In this document: positions 51,597 to 52,876 of the stretch, piece after piece
Layout: every line of letters begins with the position of its first letter
Position numbering within the stretch: position 1 is the stretch's first letter
Assembly: GCA_947165365.1 (NCBI GenBank)
Contig: CAMVAF010000006.1
Coordinates: 1-52,876, forward strand
Length of the DNA: 52,876 nt
Direction of reading: 5' to 3'
DNA from: an uncultured Clostridia bacterium
Lineage (GTDB): Bacteria > Bacillota_I > Bacilli_A > RF39 > UBA660
Notes under the pieces: model-generated
The model's input: only the letters and a program-made list of their open reading frames with translations
Database searches by the model: none
What the model was told of the DNA's origin: nothing
Translations under genes and position numbers: made by a program

Positions 51597-51854
51597 ATGA
51601 ATACTATTAATATTACAAATGCAAGACAAAATTTGTTTCAATTAGTAGCTGATGTAAATATTGGTTTTAATCCAATTACTATTGTTAACAATAAAGGAAA
51701 AAATGCAGTTTTAATATCCGAAGATGAATGGCGTGGAATAGAAGAAACTATTTATTTATCTAGTATTCCAGGATTAGTAGAGAATATTAATGAAATAAGA
51801 AAAAATGAAGATTGGAATAAAGCAAAGGAATATAACCCAGATGAAGAATGGTAG
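51597..51854 (+). CDS. Phd/YefM family antitoxin
   Basis: NITNARQNLFQL, NAVLISEDEW..IEETIYL.SIPG. Confidence 0.92.
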   Translation: MNTINITNARQNLFQLVADVNIGFNPITIVNNKGKNAVLISEDEWRGIEETIYLSSIPGLVENINEIRKNEDWNKAKEYNPDEEW

Positions 51855-52125
51855 TAAATATGTAATTAAATTTTCAAAGTTGGCTGAAAAAGATAAATTA
51901 AAATTAAAAAGTTATGGATTAGATAAAAATTGCAAAAATATATTAACTTTGATGACAGATGACCCGTTTTGCTATCCACCATCATATGAAAAACTAAATG
52001 GTGATTTAGAAGGATTATATTCAAGGCGTATTAATAGACAACATAGAATTGTTTATGAAGTAGATGAAGAAAAAAAAGAAATTCATATAATTAGAATGTG
52101 GACGCATTATGATAGAATAAAATAA
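51841..52125 (+). CDS. Txe/YoeB family toxin
   Basis: YEKLNGDL...YSRRINRQHRIVY, MWTHY. Confidence 0.92.
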   Translation: MKNGSKYVIKFSKLAEKDKLKLKSYGLDKNCKNILTLMTDDPFCYPPSYEKLNGDLEGLYSRRINRQHRIVYEVDEEKKEIHIIRMWTHYDRIK

Positions 52126-52140
52126 TGTTAAGCATTCTTG

Positions 52141-52171
52141 TCTTTTCTGAATCAAATAATATGAGTAAAGA
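52141..52171 (+). repeat. Module-boundary direct repeat, copy 3
   Basis: tcttttctga-atcaaataata-tgagtaaaga. Confidence 0.85.
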
Positions 52172-52252
52172 GGATACATACGGTATTTTTCAAACTGATT
52201 TAGTCATACATATATTTGTGATATTATTATTTATACAAAAGGAGATGAAATT

Positions 52253-52573
52253 ATGGCTAGCTTGACAACACCAATAAGCATAAGCGTTCAAATTGATAAA
52301 GAGGATAAAGAACGAGCGACTGAAATTCTTCAAAAATTAGGAGTTAGTATGAGCGGATTAATTAATATGACTATCAAACAACTTATAATGAGAGAAAAAA
52401 TTCCGTTTGAAGTAGCACTTCCAAAAGAAGAAAATGACTTGTACCAATATTTTACCAATGATGAACTAGAGAGGACTGCAAAAGAACTCACATATATTGC
52501 AGAACATCCTGCTGAATATAAGAGTTATAATAATAGAAAAGATTTGAAAAAGGCTCTATTATCAGATGATTAA
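52253..52573 (+). CDS. RelB/DinJ family antitoxin
   Basis: ISVQIDKEDKERA...LG.SMS.LINM...IPFEV. Confidence 0.88.
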   Translation: MASLTTPISISVQIDKEDKERATEILQKLGVSMSGLINMTIKQLIMREKIPFEVALPKEENDLYQYFTNDELERTAKELTYIAEHPAEYKSYNNRKDLKKALLSDD

Positions 52574-52773
52574 TTATAAAATAAAATATTCAAAAGAATT
52601 TAAAAATCTCTAAAGAAAGTAATGAAACAAGGAAAGAACATTGATAAATTATTAAATATTGTAGAGATTGTCATATTGAACCTGATTGGGTACTTATATA
52701 TAAATACATAGAAAATGAAATTATTCTATTGTTAGTTAACACAGGCAGTCACAGCGATGTATTAAATAAGTAA
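52566..52773 (+). pseudogene. YafQ family toxin pseudogene (frameshift plus internal deletion)
   Basis: Three frames: MINYKIKYSKEFK / SLKKVMKQGKNIDKLLNIV / RDCHIEPDWVLIY...TGSHSDVLNK*. Confidence 0.85.
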
Positions 52774-52800
52774 AGAACTAAAATCTTTACTTTTTTTTTC

Positions 52801-52828
52801 TTTTAGAATTCAATAATACGTGTAAAGA
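52801..52828 (+). repeat. Module-boundary direct repeat, copy 4
   Basis: ttttagaattcaataatacgtgtaaaga. Confidence 0.85.
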
Positions 52829-52876
52829 TAGTTCTTAAGTAACTTTTATAACCTTTTTATAATGTATATTTTAATT

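Noticed and set aside
50693-52828. CRISPR array or canonical attC/dif reading of the 28-bp repeats
   Set aside because: Spacers are 630-745 bp and gene-containing, no cas genes, no RYYYAAC/GTTRRRY ends, and the match to Bacillus dif (11-6-11 with TTATGTAAACT arm) is only partial
1-52876. Alternative genetic code (UGA=Trp), rRNA/tRNA genes, transposases or prophage
   Set aside because: Conserved genes translate fully in code 11 and TGA ends genes such as dusB; no structural RNA gene, integrase, transposase or phage gene was recognised

Overview
Very AT-rich chromosomal window from a low-GC Firmicute. Compact Bacillus-like synteny, a few sporulation genes and an N-domain-less ClpB under a CIRCE element suggest a reduced gut Bacilli lineage such as RF39; this taxonomy is inference only. 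The left part is an origin-proximal housekeeping block: noc-like 3' end, parA, parB, DUF951, abgT, ychF, spoVG, yabP, yabQ, divIC, tilS, ftsH, dusB, lysS. It is followed by a VTC/DUF4956/Cthe_2159/GT2-GtrA/phosphodiester-glycosidase cluster split by an insert carrying an unannotated type I toxin-antitoxin-like unit. Next is a SipW/TasA-like fibre locus ending in a 2356-aa adhesin with a C-terminal tyrosine/lipid phosphatase domain. Then come clpB, rpsF-ssb-rpsR, a second type I TA-like unit, a deletion scar of an exosporium (glycosyltransferase + BclA-like) locus, a vWA/XpaC/TelA operon, a minus-strand WXG100-like cluster facing an EccA/SpoVK-type AAA ATPase, and three type II TA modules each bounded by a conserved 28-31 bp direct repeat. 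Family calls come from motif recognition by eye; no database search was run.
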